A stretch of 64,000 nucleotides of DNA from Haliotis rubra (Eukaryota), in NCBI RefSeq assembly GCF_003918875.1, contig NW_025764992.1, positions 2,108,001 through 2,172,000 of the forward strand. The letters are read 5' to 3'. Position 1 is the stretch's first letter, and every line of letters begins with the position of its first letter. This document shows positions 63,229 to 64,000 of the stretch, piece after piece. The notes beneath the pieces are model-generated. The model was not told the DNA's origin, made no database searches, and was given only the letters and a program-made list of their open reading frames with translations. The position numbers were made by a program, and so were the translations under genes.

Positions 63229-63711
63229 ATGAATCGTCTCAGTATGATGGAACATGTACATCTCGCAGGTGAAGATGAGGATGATATGTACTCAGGCTTC
63301 AATGACTATAATGCCACATTAGACACAGAGGTAAGTGCATCCATTATGAAGTACATGTAAATCATGGTAACTGAATTTGATAGTCCCATTGGGTTTGCAG
63401 AGTAGTGATCTTTAGGACCTGTGCTTGCACTAATGGCTGACTTAAGATAGCTGAAGTGTGTGACCTGGCTGTGATTACATTTTTGCATTGCCCAATGATG
63501 TGGATTCAGTTATAGGCGTCTATCACTGACTCTGGGCTGCATTTGGAATGATTGAATAAATACAGTTTTATCATGTTGATATCCATCTTCGGATTGGTTT
63601 ATATTCATGATATGTATGGGAACTGTTTCTCTTGTGTTATAGGATCTTGCACATGATGAGAATTTCCAGAAGGCTGTGTTGAGAACAAGCCATGGCAGGA
63701 GGCCGCCACCT
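63229..63711 (+). CDS. IFT88: Intraflagellar transport protein 88, 5' part only. Coding exons 63229-63330 and 63643-63711; gene continues beyond the window
   Basis: (MNRLS)MMEHVHLAGEDEDDMYSGFNDYNATLDTE + DLAHDENFQKAVLRTSHGRRPPP matches the recalled IFT88 N-terminus (MMQNVHLA..DEDDLYSGYNDYN...FQQAVRTSHGRRPP). Phase-0 GT-AG junction. The start could be ATG 63229 or the conserved MM at 63244. Probable upstream non-coding exon ends at 62397 (GTAAGT donor). Confidence 0.93.
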
Positions 63712-64000
63712 GTAAGTAAAACGTAATACACACACACCAATTTGGACATTCACCTGTGTGAAAGATAATCATGTGTTTAAAAATGATAACCTGTATTTTT
63801 GAGAGAGATCATCATCTTAGTTCTTCAATTTTATAAAACAACTGTTTTTGTGCCCTTATCATTTAACTTCATGGACATGTTTAGTTGCTGGCCACAAATG
63901 ACAATTCATTGTCAAAATGATTTTGGTCTTCACTGAACTATACTCTTCTCTTTAAGCCAATTCTTGGCATTTGCCCTGCAATTTAAACTGATTTCAGAGT

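Overview
AT-rich, intron-rich animal genomic DNA, most likely a mollusc (the SINE and MITE complement suggests a gastropod such as abalone; this is inference). Five protein-coding genes can be built with GT-AG splice sites and a consistent reading frame: an 11-coding-exon STK33 kinase (+, 17580-29863), small acidic protein SMAP/C11orf58 (-, 48360-42877), ribosomal protein eL42/RPL36A (+, 48462-55068), a single-coding-exon F-box/LRR protein of the FBXL3/8/21 type (-, 60077-58755) and the 5' end of IFT88 (+, from 63229, continuing past the window). SMAP/RPL36A and F-box/IFT88 are head-to-head pairs. The remainder is introns and intergenic DNA with three SINE-like families, many MITEs and several minisatellites. 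Most notable non-obvious signals: (1) three copies of a 181-nt box H/ACA snoRNA in RPL36A introns, one broken by a SINE; (2) three foldback elements sharing a covarying minimal hammerhead-ribozyme-like core (Penelope-type); (3) a headless retroposon whose fixed 5' end folds as a three-way junction with a pseudoknot; (4) a minisatellite that copies an STK33 splice donor seven times; (5) AUGA-overlapping uORFs in both STK33 and IFT88. All family assignments come from recalled sequences, not from database searches.
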